Below the pieces are notes generated by a model that saw nothing but the letters and a program-made list of their open reading frames with translations, did no database searches and had not been told where the DNA came from. From contig WGNS01000002.1 in assembly GCA_016124415.1 (NCBI GenBank), positions 32,933-96,932 on the forward strand: a DNA stretch of 64,000 bases. The letters run 5' to 3'. Position numbers and translations under genes: made by a program. The first letter of the stretch is position 1. Every line of letters begins with the position of its first letter. Shown piece by piece: positions 44,087 through 54,412 of the stretch. Source of the stretch: Gammaproteobacteria bacterium (lineage in GTDB: Bacteria > Pseudomonadota > Gammaproteobacteria > SZUA-140).

Positions 44087-44476
44087 TTAGCGTGTTTCGA
44101 AGGCGCCGGGTATCCAGTCGATACCGAAGCCGCCCCGTTGCGCCGGGCATACGGAAACGACGTCGAAACGTACCGGACAGTTGCCGTAGATCCTCCGGAC
44201 CGACAGGTAATGTTGGGCCGTGCGTATCAGCCGGCCTTGCTTGCGTGCGTCGACGCTCTCGGCGCCGCTTCCGTAGTTCGCGTACCGCCTGTAGCGTACT
44301 TCGACGAATACCAGGGTTTCGTCCTGGCGCATCACGAGGTCGATTTCGCCCATCCGGCAGCGATAATTGTGCTCGATAAGCGCGCATCCCCTTGATTCGA
44401 GGAAGCGGCATGCGGCGTCCTCGGCCGCCTTCCCGACGTCGGTCGTGCGCGAAGCTTGCCTAAAGAGGCTTCGCAT
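44087..44476 (-). CDS. yraN: YraN family (UPF0102) endonuclease-like protein
   Basis: Start MRSLFRQASRTTDVG... at ATG 44476. UPF0102 motif EIDLVMRQDETLVFVEVRYRR. The track ORF extends upstream into lpoA. Confidence 0.75.
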   Translation of the reverse strand: MRSLFRQASRTTDVGKAAEDAACRFLESRGCALIEHNYRCRMGEIDLVMRQDETLVFVEVRYRRYANYGSGAESVDARKQGRLIRTAQHYLSVRRIYGNCPVRFDVVSVCPAQRGGFGIDWIPGAFETR

Positions 44477-46430
44477 GTCCGTTGACGAAGCGCGCCCACT
44501 GCAATTGGCGGAAGATGCGATTGCCGTTCTGCAGCGATAAAACGCCCGTTTCACCGAAATAGCGTTCGTGCGGAAACGTACGCAAGGTCTCGATGTTTTC
44601 GATCAAATGATAGGCATCGACGCCTAACGCGTAGATACGGGTGTAGCGGTTGGCATCCTTGGGCCAGAGTTTATCGATCGTCCGATGATAGGCGGCCGTT
44701 CGGCGATCGCCGGAGAGTACCCACGGGATGTCGCAAAAGGAGACGCCGTCGAGGTCTCGGTTGAAGCGATCGGTATCTTCGCCGGCGAAAATCGAGGAGG
44801 CGGCATATACCGGGAGGTCGCTGGCGTAATGGAATTTGAGCTGAGGGCGAATCAGGCGTCCGACACGGGGGTTGGCGACGAGGTAGACGAAGTCCGCGTC
44901 ATGGCGTCGTCTTGGTTCAAAGTTGGCCCGGATGCCGAGCCGTTTGTTGAGCAGATCCGCGCGCCTTTCGCTATCGTCGAGATCCAGAAGCGCCGTGATC
45001 GGCTTCGAAAAATCGCTGGCTTCAGGATCGTAACGCTGGAGTTCGAGCACCCGCCCGCCGAGTTTCGACCATTCGTTCTCAAAGTCGCCGGTCAGGCGGT
45101 CGCCCCAACCGCCCGTGGGCGCCAGCAACAGGGCTTCGTTGTTGCCATCCAGCCAAGCCTGCTGAGCGATCTGCTTGATCTCATCCTCCGGTGCCAGCCC
45201 GAACTGAATCAATCCGGCGGGCGTTTCCGAGCCTTGGTCGAGATAGTTGATGACCAGTGTCGTCACGGGGAACGTGCGGTGATTGGCGATCAGCGCCTCG
45301 ACGGCCTCCTTGCGGATCGGTCCTATGACGAACTCGGCCCCGTCGGCGACGGCCCGGTCGTAGACGTCGCCGACGGAGGCGATGTCGTCACCGAGGTCGT
45401 AGCTGCGAATGACCGGTTGATAGGCCTTGTCGCCGCGATCGTAGTAGGCCATGAAAAAGGCGTCTCGGAAGGCCGCCGCCCACTCTGCGAGTTTGCCCGT
45501 CTGCGGCAGCAGCAGCGCGATTTGCTTGGGTCGGTGATAGATCTGGGCGAGACGCGTATGTACCGCGTCGATAACGGCCGGAGACGCCGGATGGTCGGGA
45601 TACAGGCGGCGCCATTCGGCGAGCCCCTCTTCCGCGTCCTTCAACGAACTGGGCTGGCTTTTGGCGATCCTGGCGAGAGCGATCCAGCCGCTGAAGTGAT
45701 CGGGTGGCGGGGTAATGGTTTCCCCTTCGAGCATGTCGGGCGGCAATGCCATCAGCGATTGCCAGAGGATCTGTTCGTTGTCGTGAAGGGTATCCGCGTC
45801 GCTCGCATCCAGCAGGTCCTGCCGCGCGGACCGCTCGCGTACGGCTTCCATCGTCTGCCCGGTGCGCTCGTCCGCCAGGGCGCGCAACTCATGGATCTCG
45901 GCGAGCTCCTGATGGGACAGTGTTTCGGGTTGTGATTCGGAAAGGAGCTTTAGGGCATCGTCGGGGCGTTGGGTGGCGAGGGCCAACCGGGCGTCGAGGA
46001 CGATCTTACGTCTTGCCTGAGCCTCCGTAAGCGTCTCCTGTTCCAACAGGCTTAAGGTGTGTTCGGCGCCTTCGATGAAGTTACCTTTGAGGGATTCGCC
46101 GCTCGCGAGCAATAGATCGTCGACCCTGTCCGCTCCGGTTGCGAGCTCTGCGAGGCGGAGATAGTCATGCGCGGCGGCCTGATGGTCGTTTTGTTCGACA
46201 TGCTCGCGGGCGGATTTCAAGAGTGCGCCGACGATGCTGGCCGTGTCGCGGCCACGCTCCGGGGTCGTGGTGCAGGCGCCGAGGAAGAGCGCGGCGACAA
46301 GGCCCGCGGCGATCCACCGCCCTGCCGAGACGACCGGTTTCGGTCCGTCTCGGAACGCGTTGCCGCCGGCGGGCGTTGAGGCCCGCTTCCGGTCGCGTCG
46401 TAGAATGTCCCGGGTGCGTGATGTCTTCAT
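44460..46430 (-). CDS. lpoA: penicillin-binding protein activator LpoA
   Basis: Lipobox AAGLVAALFLGAC with an ATG start at 46430. TPR-like N-domain and a periplasmic-binding-protein-like C-domain. Divergent from rsmI as in E. coli. Confidence 0.8.
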   Translation of the reverse strand: MKTSRTRDILRRDRKRASTPAGGNAFRDGPKPVVSAGRWIAAGLVAALFLGACTTTPERGRDTASIVGALLKSAREHVEQNDHQAAAHDYLRLAELATGADRVDDLLLASGESLKGNFIEGAEHTLSLLEQETLTEAQARRKIVLDARLALATQRPDDALKLLSESQPETLSHQELAEIHELRALADERTGQTMEAVRERSARQDLLDASDADTLHDNEQILWQSLMALPPDMLEGETITPPPDHFSGWIALARIAKSQPSSLKDAEEGLAEWRRLYPDHPASPAVIDAVHTRLAQIYHRPKQIALLLPQTGKLAEWAAAFRDAFFMAYYDRGDKAYQPVIRSYDLGDDIASVGDVYDRAVADGAEFVIGPIRKEAVEALIANHRTFPVTTLVINYLDQGSETPAGLIQFGLAPEDEIKQIAQQAWLDGNNEALLLAPTGGWGDRLTGDFENEWSKLGGRVLELQRYDPEASDFSKPITALLDLDDSERRADLLNKRLGIRANFEPRRRHDADFVYLVANPRVGRLIRPQLKFHYASDLPVYAASSIFAGEDTDRFNRDLDGVSFCDIPWVLSGDRRTAAYHRTIDKLWPKDANRYTRIYALGVDAYHLIENIETLRTFPHERYFGETGVLSLQNGNRIFRQLQWARFVNGHAKPL

Positions 46431-46603
46431 GGCGCGGTTTATCGGAAAGCTGGATCGTCTCTGGAAAATCGGTAATATGGCCTTGAACACGTAGGCAAAC
46501 ACACCGTGCGGGCCATTCCGGATGGGGGTACCGCTCCACATTATGCCAGGGCGGGCCGGTCTCACGGTGAACCGGTTTCACAGTATCAGGGGGGAGTCAT
46601 TGA

Positions 46604-47455
46604 GTGTCAATCGTCGCGGGCGTTTTGTATGTCGTCGCCACGCCTATCGGCAATTTGAACGATATTTCCCCTCGGGCGCTCGAGGTACTCGGCGCGGTTG
46701 ATTTGATCGCCGCGGAGGATACCCGTCATTCGGCGCGTTTGTTACGGCATTTTCGGGTCCAGACGCCCTGTCGGGCCTATCACGACCACAACGAACAAAC
46801 GGCGAGCCGCGGCCTGATCGATCGGCTGACGGCGGGACAAAACATTGCCCTGATCAGCGACGCCGGTACGCCCTTGATCAGCGATCCCGGCTACCGCCTG
46901 ATCAAGGAGGCCCAAGCGGCCGGTATTCGCGTCGAGCCCGTGCCGGGCGCATGTGCGCTGATCGCGGCCCTCTCGGCTTCGGGATTGCCCACGGACCGTT
47001 TCACCTTCGAAGGCTTCCTGCCGGCCAAATCCCAGGCTCGACGTGCACGCTTGGAAGCGCTCGCCGAGGTGTCCTGTACGCTGGTTTTCTACGAATCATC
47101 TCATCGAATCCTCGATACCCTGACAGATCTGGCGGATATTTTCGGCGGCGACCGTACGCTTTGTCTCGCCCGAGAGATCAGCAAGCAGTTCGAGACCATC
47201 AGGACGGCAAGTGCGGCGGAGATCCTTGCGTGGGTCCGGGGGGACGTGGATCAGACCAAGGGTGAATTCGTCATCTGCGTTCAGGGCGCGGGCGAGGAGA
47301 CGGAACCGGACCTGACGGAGGCTCGCCGCATTTTGGATTGTCTGAGCGCGGAATTGCCCGGCAGCCAGGCCGTCAAGCTGGCGGCCCGTATCACCGGATT
47401 ACCCAAGAACCGGCTGTACGCGATGTTGATCGACGCATCCGGGGATGGGTCGTGA
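46604..47455 (+). CDS. rsmI: 16S rRNA (cytidine1402-2'-O)-methyltransferase RsmI
   Basis: LYVVATPIGNLNDISPRALEVLGAVDLIAAEDTRHS is colinear with E. coli RsmI. GTG start. Confidence 0.9.
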   Translation: MSIVAGVLYVVATPIGNLNDISPRALEVLGAVDLIAAEDTRHSARLLRHFRVQTPCRAYHDHNEQTASRGLIDRLTAGQNIALISDAGTPLISDPGYRLIKEAQAAGIRVEPVPGACALIAALSASGLPTDRFTFEGFLPAKSQARRARLEALAEVSCTLVFYESSHRILDTLTDLADIFGGDRTLCLAREISKQFETIRTASAAEILAWVRGDVDQTKGEFVICVQGAGEETEPDLTEARRILDCLSAELPGSQAVKLAARITGLPKNRLYAMLIDASGDGS

Positions 47456-49269
47456 ACCGAGCGCAGGAGAGGGTTCGCCGCTACTTCGACGGCCTGGGTT
47501 TTTCGCTGGCGACTCTGGATTCCGGGCCGAAGCGATCCCTGATCGCCATCATTTGCGGACTCGTCACGGGGATGCTCATGGTCGTATTCCGACTCGTGAT
47601 CGAGGGGTTGCAAGCCCTTTTTCTTCCGGGCCATGCTCCGGAAAACTATGAAGGGCTTTCCGCTTGGGCTTGCTTGCTGTTGCCCGTCGCAGGCGCCTTG
47701 GTGATTGCGTGGATCGTCCGCAAGTTGCGACCCGAAACCCGTCAGACCGGCGTGGTTCACGTCATGGAACGCCTCTCCTACCATCGTGCGCAGTTGCCGC
47801 TTCGCAACGCCGTGTGGCAATTTTTCGGCGCGATACTGGCCATCGTCAGCGGTCAGTCGGTGGGTCGCGAGGGACCCAGTATCCATCTGGGCGCCGCTTG
47901 CAGCGGTTTGATATCGGAATATTTGAAACTGCCACGCAGCAGTCAACGGGTGCTCGTGTCCTGCGGCGTGGCGGCCGCGATCGCGGCGTCATTCAATACC
48001 CCGCTCGCCGGCGTTGTACTGTCCATGGAGGTCATCATGGCCGAGTACACCGTGAGCAGCTTCGTACCGGTGATTCTCGCCGCGGTCAGCGCCACTGCGG
48101 TCATGCAGCTGTTTTTCGGCGCGGCGCCGGCTTTTCATGTCCCCGCCGTGCATCTACAGAGCCTGCGCGAGCTCCCTTCCATCCTTGCCGTGGGGCTCGT
48201 CATCGGCGTGATCGCGGTGGCCTTTATCCGCTTGATCCGATTCCTGTCCCGGGCGACCGACGGCGTTGCACTCATGCCACGCTTAACTTTGGCCGGCGTG
48301 GTGACCGGATTGATCGCCATCGGTGTGCCGGAGGTCATGGGCGTCGGCTATGACACGGTCGACCAAATGTTTTCCGGGTCGGTGGCGCTGGAATTTCTCT
48401 GTCTGCTCGTCTTGGCCAAGCTCGTGGCGACCGCAGGAGCCATCGGGTTCGGCATCCCGGCCGGCGTGATCGGCCCGACCCTGATCATCGGCGCCGCGGC
48501 GGGCATGGCGGTGGGCATGTTTTCGCAACACATTTGGTTCGAGACGGCCTCCAGTCCGGATTTTTACGCAGTGATCGGCATGGGTTCGATGATGGCCGCG
48601 ACCTTACAGGCGCCGCTAGCGGCGTTGACGGCTATCGTCGAGCTGACCGCGAATCCGCATATCATCATGCCCGGCATGTTGGCCATCGTTACCGCGGTCA
48701 TGATCAGTCGCGACGGTTTTCGCTGTCCGTCGGTCTTTCAGATGCTGCTCGAGGTGCGCGGTTTGACGCATGAAGCGCATCCGTTGACACGGTACCTTCA
48801 AAGTATCCCGGTCAACCGCCTTATGGAGCCGGCGGCGCACATACGGTACAGCGAGATAGGCGGCAACGACATCGGCGAACGAATCGGTGACAATGCCTGG
48901 GTTATCCTGGAAGGCCCCAAGGGCGAGGCCCTCGTACTGACAAGAGAGGAGTTCGGGGCGGTGCTCTCGGATGCTCATCGGGGGACGGGCGCTCCGGCCG
49001 AGCCGCTTCCTTTGCCTGCCAAGACCGCCTCCGAAAGGATCATGCTTCAGGCCGACCTGCTCGAAGCCAGTGAGCTCGTGGCACAGTCGGACGCCGATTT
49101 TCTCTGCGTGGTTCGCGCCTCGACACAGGGCGGCGACTATTGCGGGATTGTTCGCAGGGCGGCGATCGAGGCATACTACCGCGATCAAACCGGGCGGGAT
49201 CATGCGGAGCGAAATCCATCCGCGAGCGGCGGTCCCGATCCATCCGAATCATCTCAGGACGTTCGATAA
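47452..49269 (+). CDS. ClC-family voltage-gated chloride channel with C-terminal CBS domains
   Basis: GREGP selectivity motif and polytopic helices. Proposed GTG start overlaps the rsmI stop (GTGA). The ATG at 47338 in the track lies inside rsmI. Confidence 0.75.
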   Translation: MNRAQERVRRYFDGLGFSLATLDSGPKRSLIAIICGLVTGMLMVVFRLVIEGLQALFLPGHAPENYEGLSAWACLLLPVAGALVIAWIVRKLRPETRQTGVVHVMERLSYHRAQLPLRNAVWQFFGAILAIVSGQSVGREGPSIHLGAACSGLISEYLKLPRSSQRVLVSCGVAAAIAASFNTPLAGVVLSMEVIMAEYTVSSFVPVILAAVSATAVMQLFFGAAPAFHVPAVHLQSLRELPSILAVGLVIGVIAVAFIRLIRFLSRATDGVALMPRLTLAGVVTGLIAIGVPEVMGVGYDTVDQMFSGSVALEFLCLLVLAKLVATAGAIGFGIPAGVIGPTLIIGAAAGMAVGMFSQHIWFETASSPDFYAVIGMGSMMAATLQAPLAALTAIVELTANPHIIMPGMLAIVTAVMISRDGFRCPSVFQMLLEVRGLTHEAHPLTRYLQSIPVNRLMEPAAHIRYSEIGGNDIGERIGDNAWVILEGPKGEALVLTREEFGAVLSDAHRGTGAPAEPLPLPAKTASERIMLQADLLEASELVAQSDADFLCVVRASTQGGDYCGIVRRAAIEAYYRDQTGRDHAERNPSASGGPDPSESSQDVR

Positions 49270-49275
49270 TCAATC

Positions 49276-49701
49276 ATGCTTTGGGTCAAAGCCTTTCATA
49301 TCATTTCGATGGTGACCTGGTTTGCCGGGTTGTTCTACCTGCCGCGGTTGTTCGTGTATCACGCGATGTGCGAGGACCGGGAAGGCCGCGAGCGCTTCAA
49401 GATCATGGAGCGAAAGCTCTATCGCGGTATCATGACGCCGAGCGTAATCGCGACGGTCGGTCTCGGCGTCTGGATGCTCGTCGATTACGGATGGACGGCA
49501 TACGGCCATACCGGATGGCTGCACGCCAAGCTGTTCCTGGTGGTGTTGCTGCTCATCTACCATCATCTCTGCGGACGATATCTGCGTGCCTTTCGGGATG
49601 ATCGCAACCAACATGGGCACGTCTTTTTCCGCTGGTTCAACGAGGCCCCGGTCGTCCTGCTGATCGGCATTGTCATCCTCGTCGTTATTCGGCCCTTCTG
49701 A
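49276..49701 (+). CDS. hemJ: protoporphyrinogen IX oxidase HemJ (CopD-like, UPF0093)
   Basis: 141 aa. MLWVKAFHIISMVTWFAGLFYLPRLFVYH is the typical HemJ N-terminus. Confidence 0.85.
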   Translation: MLWVKAFHIISMVTWFAGLFYLPRLFVYHAMCEDREGRERFKIMERKLYRGIMTPSVIATVGLGVWMLVDYGWTAYGHTGWLHAKLFLVVLLLIYHHLCGRYLRAFRDDRNQHGHVFFRWFNEAPVVLLIGIVILVVIRPF

Positions 49702-50005
49702 GGCGCGCCCGTCCGGGACGGCGACGGGGAGAGCTTGCCGGAATGGTCAGGTTGCGGGTTCCGCGCATCGCACGGGGTGCTTGACAATCGGGCGTTCCAA
49801 TGGTCCGACATGCGCATACCGGCGATTTTTATGCACACCGCCGTATTCTTGAACGGAAAACGGCGTACGAGCCCGCTGATTTTTTGACTACAACGCTACT
49901 TCTTTATAACCTTTTGAAATAAAAACAAAAAATAATTCGTCTATTTTGTCACCAAATTGACTCAAACGCTTGAGCGACGGGCCTTCGGGAGACAAGATTC
50001 CATTT

Positions 50006-50039
50006 GTTCCACAAAGTTATCCACAGGATTTGTGGAAAA
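50006..50039. promoter_or_regulatory. cluster of three DnaA-box-like 9-mers (TGTTCCACA, TTATCCACA perfect, TGTGGAAAA) upstream of priA
   Basis: Read directly from the sequence. They sit within a roughly 250-nt AT-rich spacer (49860-50110). Confidence 0.45.
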
Positions 50040-50113
50040 GCCAGAAAGCCATGTTGCGACAAGATGTTAAGCAATTCTTTTAAATTGAACGTGATCAATC
50101 CGAGCTAAAGCGC

Positions 50114-52330
50114 ATGGCATCGATAGAAAGTCGCGGCATCGTGCTAAGGGTCGCCGTCAACGTTCCGCTTATGCGCTGCTTCGATTATCTGCCGCCCGCC
50201 GATGCGGCCTCGGCATCGCGACTCGTGCCGGGGATTCGCGTCAGGGTGCCGTTCGGTCACTCGACGCGCGTGGGCATCCTCGTGGGATTGGGCGACGCCG
50301 GTTCGACGACCGTGGATCGGCTGAAAGCGGTCAACGAGGTGTTGGATGAAACTCCGGTGCTGGAAGGTGAAATGTTTGCGTTGCTCAATTGGGCGAGCGC
50401 TTATTACCACCATCCGCTCGGAGAGGTCATGATGACCGCGCTTCCGGTGTTGTTGCGGCAAGGCGAACCCGCCGTCGTGGCACCCGTTCCATATGTCAGG
50501 ATCCCTCCGGACCGGGCGGCGGACGATGCCGCCACTCTTGACCGGGCGCCACGACAGAGGGCCCTGGTGAGATATCTACGCGGTCATCCCGAGGGTATCG
50601 CGGAAGATGAACTCTTGCGCACCATGCCCGGCAGCCGTCCGTATATCAAGGCCTTGTCCGACAAAGGGTGGTTGGAACGATTTTCCGGACAGGCGCCCGC
50701 TTCCCCGGAAAGTCTGCCCGGTCCTGAACTCACGACCGCGCAAACGACGGCGGTCGAAGGCCTGATTGCGGCGCTGCCGGAATTTTCCGTCTCGCTGTTG
50801 AACGGCATTACGGGCAGCGGCAAGACCGAGGTCTATTTTCGGATCATCGAGGCCGCGCTGGCCCTAGGTCGGCAGGTCCTGGTCCTAGTGCCGGAGATCG
50901 GCCTCACGCCCCAGCTGATCGCACGTTTCCGGTCTCGTTTTCGCTGTCAGCTGTGTGTCCTGCACTCGGGGTTGTCAGCGGGGGAGCGGCTGGCCGCCTG
51001 GTGTCGCGCACGTTCGGGCGAGGCGTCCATTGTTATCGGTACGCGTTCGGCAGTGTTCGTGCCGCTCAAGGCGCCGGGTGTTTTGATCCTTGACGAGGAA
51101 CATGACCCTTCCTACAAACAACAGTCGGGGTTTCTCTATCATGCCCGGGATCTCGCCGTCATGCGCGGCCGAGAACTCGGTGTCCCGGTCATTCTCGGTT
51201 CGGCGACGCCCTCCCTGGAAACGTTGCATAACGTTGCCCGTGGGCGCTATCGGGAGTTTGTGCTACCCGCCAGGACAGGGGACAGCGTACTGCCTGCCAT
51301 TGAGATTCAGGATATGCGGGCACAACACGTGGAACACGGGTTGACGCGGCGGATGATCGAGACCATGGCGCGCCATCTCGAACAGGGTCGGCAGGTGTTG
51401 GTTTTCCTTAATCGCAGGGGTTTTGCCACCAGTCTTGTGTGTCACGATTGCGGCTGGATGGCCGGTTGCCGGCACTGCGATACGCGTTTGGTTTTGCATC
51501 GGCGCCGTCACGAACTGCGCTGTCATTACTGCGGATACCGGCAAGGCGTCATGGATCAATGCCCCGAGTGCCAGGGGACTCGTTTGCGCGCTTTGGGGTT
51601 CGGGACCGAACGTCTCGAAGAGGCCCTGAATCAGGCCTTTCCCGACATCGAGGTCATCCGGATCGATCGCGATACGACGCGCAGGAAGGGCGCGCTGGAC
51701 GAGATACTGGGGAATGTCCGTGACGATCGCCCGCAGATCCTCATCGGCACACAATTGCTGGCCAAGGGACACGATTTTCCGAACGTGACTTTGGTCGTCG
51801 TCATCAATGCCGACCAGGGGTTGTACGGTGTGGATTTTCGCAGCAGTGAACGCATGGGGCAGATGATTCTTCAAGTCGCGGGACGCGCCGGACGGGCCGA
51901 ACACGCGGGAGAGGTCGTGTTGCAGAGTTATCATCCCGACCATCCGCTACTGACTTGCCTGCAAGGGCATGATTACGCGGCGTTCGCCCGCAGTATCCTT
52001 GAGGAACGCCGGGAGACCGGGCTTCCGCCTTACAGCAATCTTGCCTTGATCCGCGCCGATTCGACGCAAGCGCTTAGGGTGCAGGCGTTCCTCGAAGCCG
52101 TCGCCGATCAGGCGCGTGCGGCACCTGTACCCGGTGTGGAGATTTTCGGGCCGGTGCCCGCCGCTATCGAACGCCGGGTCGGCCGTCATCACGCCCAACT
52201 GCTGCTCCAATCCGAGGATCGCGCGGGCCTTCATCGCCAACTTAACGGCATCGCGGCGGCACTGGAGACTCTGGCGGCGAGGCATAGGGTTCATTGGTCC
52301 ATGGATGTCGACCCTATAGAGATTTGCTGA
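50114..52330 (+). CDS. priA: primosomal protein N' (replication restart helicase PriA)
   Basis: 738 aa. Walker A GITGSGKTEVY, DExH box, two Cys4 zinc-binding motifs (CHDCGW...CRHCD, CHYCGY...CPECQG). Confidence 0.95.
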   Translation: MASIESRGIVLRVAVNVPLMRCFDYLPPADAASASRLVPGIRVRVPFGHSTRVGILVGLGDAGSTTVDRLKAVNEVLDETPVLEGEMFALLNWASAYYHHPLGEVMMTALPVLLRQGEPAVVAPVPYVRIPPDRAADDAATLDRAPRQRALVRYLRGHPEGIAEDELLRTMPGSRPYIKALSDKGWLERFSGQAPASPESLPGPELTTAQTTAVEGLIAALPEFSVSLLNGITGSGKTEVYFRIIEAALALGRQVLVLVPEIGLTPQLIARFRSRFRCQLCVLHSGLSAGERLAAWCRARSGEASIVIGTRSAVFVPLKAPGVLILDEEHDPSYKQQSGFLYHARDLAVMRGRELGVPVILGSATPSLETLHNVARGRYREFVLPARTGDSVLPAIEIQDMRAQHVEHGLTRRMIETMARHLEQGRQVLVFLNRRGFATSLVCHDCGWMAGCRHCDTRLVLHRRRHELRCHYCGYRQGVMDQCPECQGTRLRALGFGTERLEEALNQAFPDIEVIRIDRDTTRRKGALDEILGNVRDDRPQILIGTQLLAKGHDFPNVTLVVVINADQGLYGVDFRSSERMGQMILQVAGRAGRAEHAGEVVLQSYHPDHPLLTCLQGHDYAAFARSILEERRETGLPPYSNLALIRADSTQALRVQAFLEAVADQARAAPVPGVEIFGPVPAAIERRVGRHHAQLLLQSEDRAGLHRQLNGIAAALETLAARHRVHWSMDVDPIEIC

Positions 52331-52376
52331 CGGACTTGGGCTTTCGCATTCGACCGTTTAGCGGTAGTCTTTCCCG

Positions 52377-53249
52377 ATGACCGAACGTATTCCAATCTAT
52401 GTCGACGAGGCAGTGGTCCTTGACCATGCCGCTTACGCCGGCGACCAATTTGTCCTGCGTCTTCAATCTCACCGGATTGCCCAAACGGCCCAGCCAGGTA
52501 GTTTTGTGCATGTGCGTTGCGCGGAGCGTTTGCCCATGCGCAGGCCGCTGTCGATCATGCGCGCCTCTCCCTCCGAGGGATGGATCGAGCTGTTGTATCG
52601 AGTCGTGGGTGAGGGCACGGCATTGTTGTCCCGTAAGGCGCGCGGGGAACAGGTGAACCTGATCGGGCCGATCGGCGTCCCGTTTCGGATCGACGAATCG
52701 CGGACGCTGCCGCTCCTGATCGGCGGCGGCGTCGGTGTGCCGCCGATGGTGTTTCTCGCCGATGCCATGCGGCAGTCGCATAAGCAACTCGAGCCATTGG
52801 TGCTTATGGGGTCCGAGACGCCGTTTCCGTTTCGCGCCCGGCCCTCGCAGATTATGGTCTCCGGTATCCCTGGCGACGTCATCGCCGCCATGCCGTTGCT
52901 TGAGGACTGGGGGATTGCAAGCCGTTTAGCGAGCCAGCAGGGCTATGCAGGTTGTCACGAGGGTTATGTGACCGATCTCGCCCGACTGTGGCTCGAGGGA
53001 CTCGACGGCGACGCCCTGGGGAAGGTCTCCATATTTGCCTGCGGCCCCGAGCCCATGCTGGCGGCGGTCGCACGTTTGGCCAGAGACCACGACCTGCCCT
53101 GTCAAGTCTCGCTCGAGGAATACATGGCCTGCGGCGTCGGCGGTTGCGCGGGGTGCGCGGTACCCATTCGTACCGCTGAAGGCGTGGCCATGAAGCGGGT
53201 ATGTGTCGACGGGCCGGTGTTTCCCGCAGAGGCGGTCTTCCCAGGCTGA
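52377..53249 (+). CDS. PyrK-like FAD/NAD(P)-binding oxidoreductase with C-terminal [2Fe-2S] cluster
   Basis: Ferredoxin-reductase-like fold (RPLSIMRAS) and a C-terminal MACGVGGCAGC cluster-binding motif. Confidence 0.65.
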   Translation: MTERIPIYVDEAVVLDHAAYAGDQFVLRLQSHRIAQTAQPGSFVHVRCAERLPMRRPLSIMRASPSEGWIELLYRVVGEGTALLSRKARGEQVNLIGPIGVPFRIDESRTLPLLIGGGVGVPPMVFLADAMRQSHKQLEPLVLMGSETPFPFRARPSQIMVSGIPGDVIAAMPLLEDWGIASRLASQQGYAGCHEGYVTDLARLWLEGLDGDALGKVSIFACGPEPMLAAVARLARDHDLPCQVSLEEYMACGVGGCAGCAVPIRTAEGVAMKRVCVDGPVFPAEAVFPG

Positions 53250-54364
53250 TGTCGAAGCGATTTATCGGGCAGAGCCGTCTCGCGCATAACCGCAGTCCCC
53301 GCCTGGGGGTCGTGTTGGTCAACCTGGGGACACCCGAGGCGCCGACGCCTTCCGCTCTCCGGCGTTATCTCGCCGAATTCCTCTCTGACCCGAGGGTCGT
53401 GGAGTTGCCGCCACTGCTGTGGCGGATCATCCTGCACGGGATCATCCTGCGTGTCCGACCCAAGAAATCCGCACATGCTTATGCCGCCGTTTGGGGCGAG
53501 CACGGTTCTCCGCTCATGACTGCCTCCAAGGCGTTGACGGATGCCGTCCGGGCACGTCTTTCGGAGCATGTGCCGGGGCGGATCAGCGTCGCGCTCGCGA
53601 TGCGTTACGGTCAGCCGGCTATCGCGGACGTGCTGCGCCGTCTCCAGGCGGACGGGGTCGAGCGCCTGCTCATCGTGCCGCTCTATCCCCAGTATTCGGG
53701 GGCGACCACGGGGTCGGTGGCCGACGGAGTCTTCATGGAGCTGCAACGTTGGCGCTGGGTGCCCGAGTTGCGCCTGCTTGGCGCCTATCACGATGATCCC
53801 GCGTATATCGGTGCGATCGCGGACAGCATTGCGGATTTCTGGGCCGTGCACGGCCGCAGCGAACGGCTCATGATTTCATTCCACGGCATGCCAAAGGCAA
53901 CGCACGAGGCCGGTGATCCCTATTTTTGCCAGTGTCACAAGACCGCGCGTCTGATCGCCGAGCGTCTGGCGCTTGCGGACGACGAATGGGAAATGGCATT
54001 CCAGTCACGATTCGGGGCTGCTGAATGGTTGCAGCCTTACGTAGCCGAGCGTCTGCAGGCGCTGCCGGGCGAAGGCGTCCGTCATCTCAGCGTCGTCTGT
54101 CCCGGTTTCGCATGCGACTGCCTGGAGACGCTCGAGGAAATCGCGATTCAGGGCAAACAGTCTTTCCTGGAGGCGGGCGGAGCGCGTCTCGACTATATCC
54201 CGGCACTCAATGCCGATGAGCGCCATGCGACGTTGCATGTTGAACGCATTCTTCGGCATGCGGCGGGATGGCCCGAGTTGGAGGCGGAAGCGGCCTCGGC
54301 GCTCATCATCGAGCGGGACGAGGTTCCGGCGAGAGTCGCTACACTGGGTAACGGCCCAAAATGA
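53249..54364 (+). CDS. hemH: ferrochelatase
   Basis: Start at ATG 53249 overlaps the upstream stop (TGATG). GVVLVNLGTPEAPTPSALRRYLAEFLSDPRVVE is the canonical HemH N-terminus. Confidence 0.9.
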   Translation: MSKRFIGQSRLAHNRSPRLGVVLVNLGTPEAPTPSALRRYLAEFLSDPRVVELPPLLWRIILHGIILRVRPKKSAHAYAAVWGEHGSPLMTASKALTDAVRARLSEHVPGRISVALAMRYGQPAIADVLRRLQADGVERLLIVPLYPQYSGATTGSVADGVFMELQRWRWVPELRLLGAYHDDPAYIGAIADSIADFWAVHGRSERLMISFHGMPKATHEAGDPYFCQCHKTARLIAERLALADDEWEMAFQSRFGAAEWLQPYVAERLQALPGEGVRHLSVVCPGFACDCLETLEEIAIQGKQSFLEAGGARLDYIPALNADERHATLHVERILRHAAGWPELEAEAASALIIERDEVPARVATLGNGPK

Positions 54365-54392
54365 AACGCCCCGCGGTTGCGGGGCGTTTCAT
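54364..54392. terminator. bidirectional intrinsic terminator between hemH and moaE
   Basis: AAACGCCCCGC-GGTT-GCGGGGCGTTT: 11-bp stem with flanking A/T runs. Confidence 0.65.
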
Positions 54393-54412
54393 GACTTGCC
54401 GATCGGTCTCGA

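Noticed and set aside
44685-45935. 416-aa ORF antisense to lpoA
   Set aside because: High-GC antisense artefact. Arg/Gly-rich translation with no recognisable domains.
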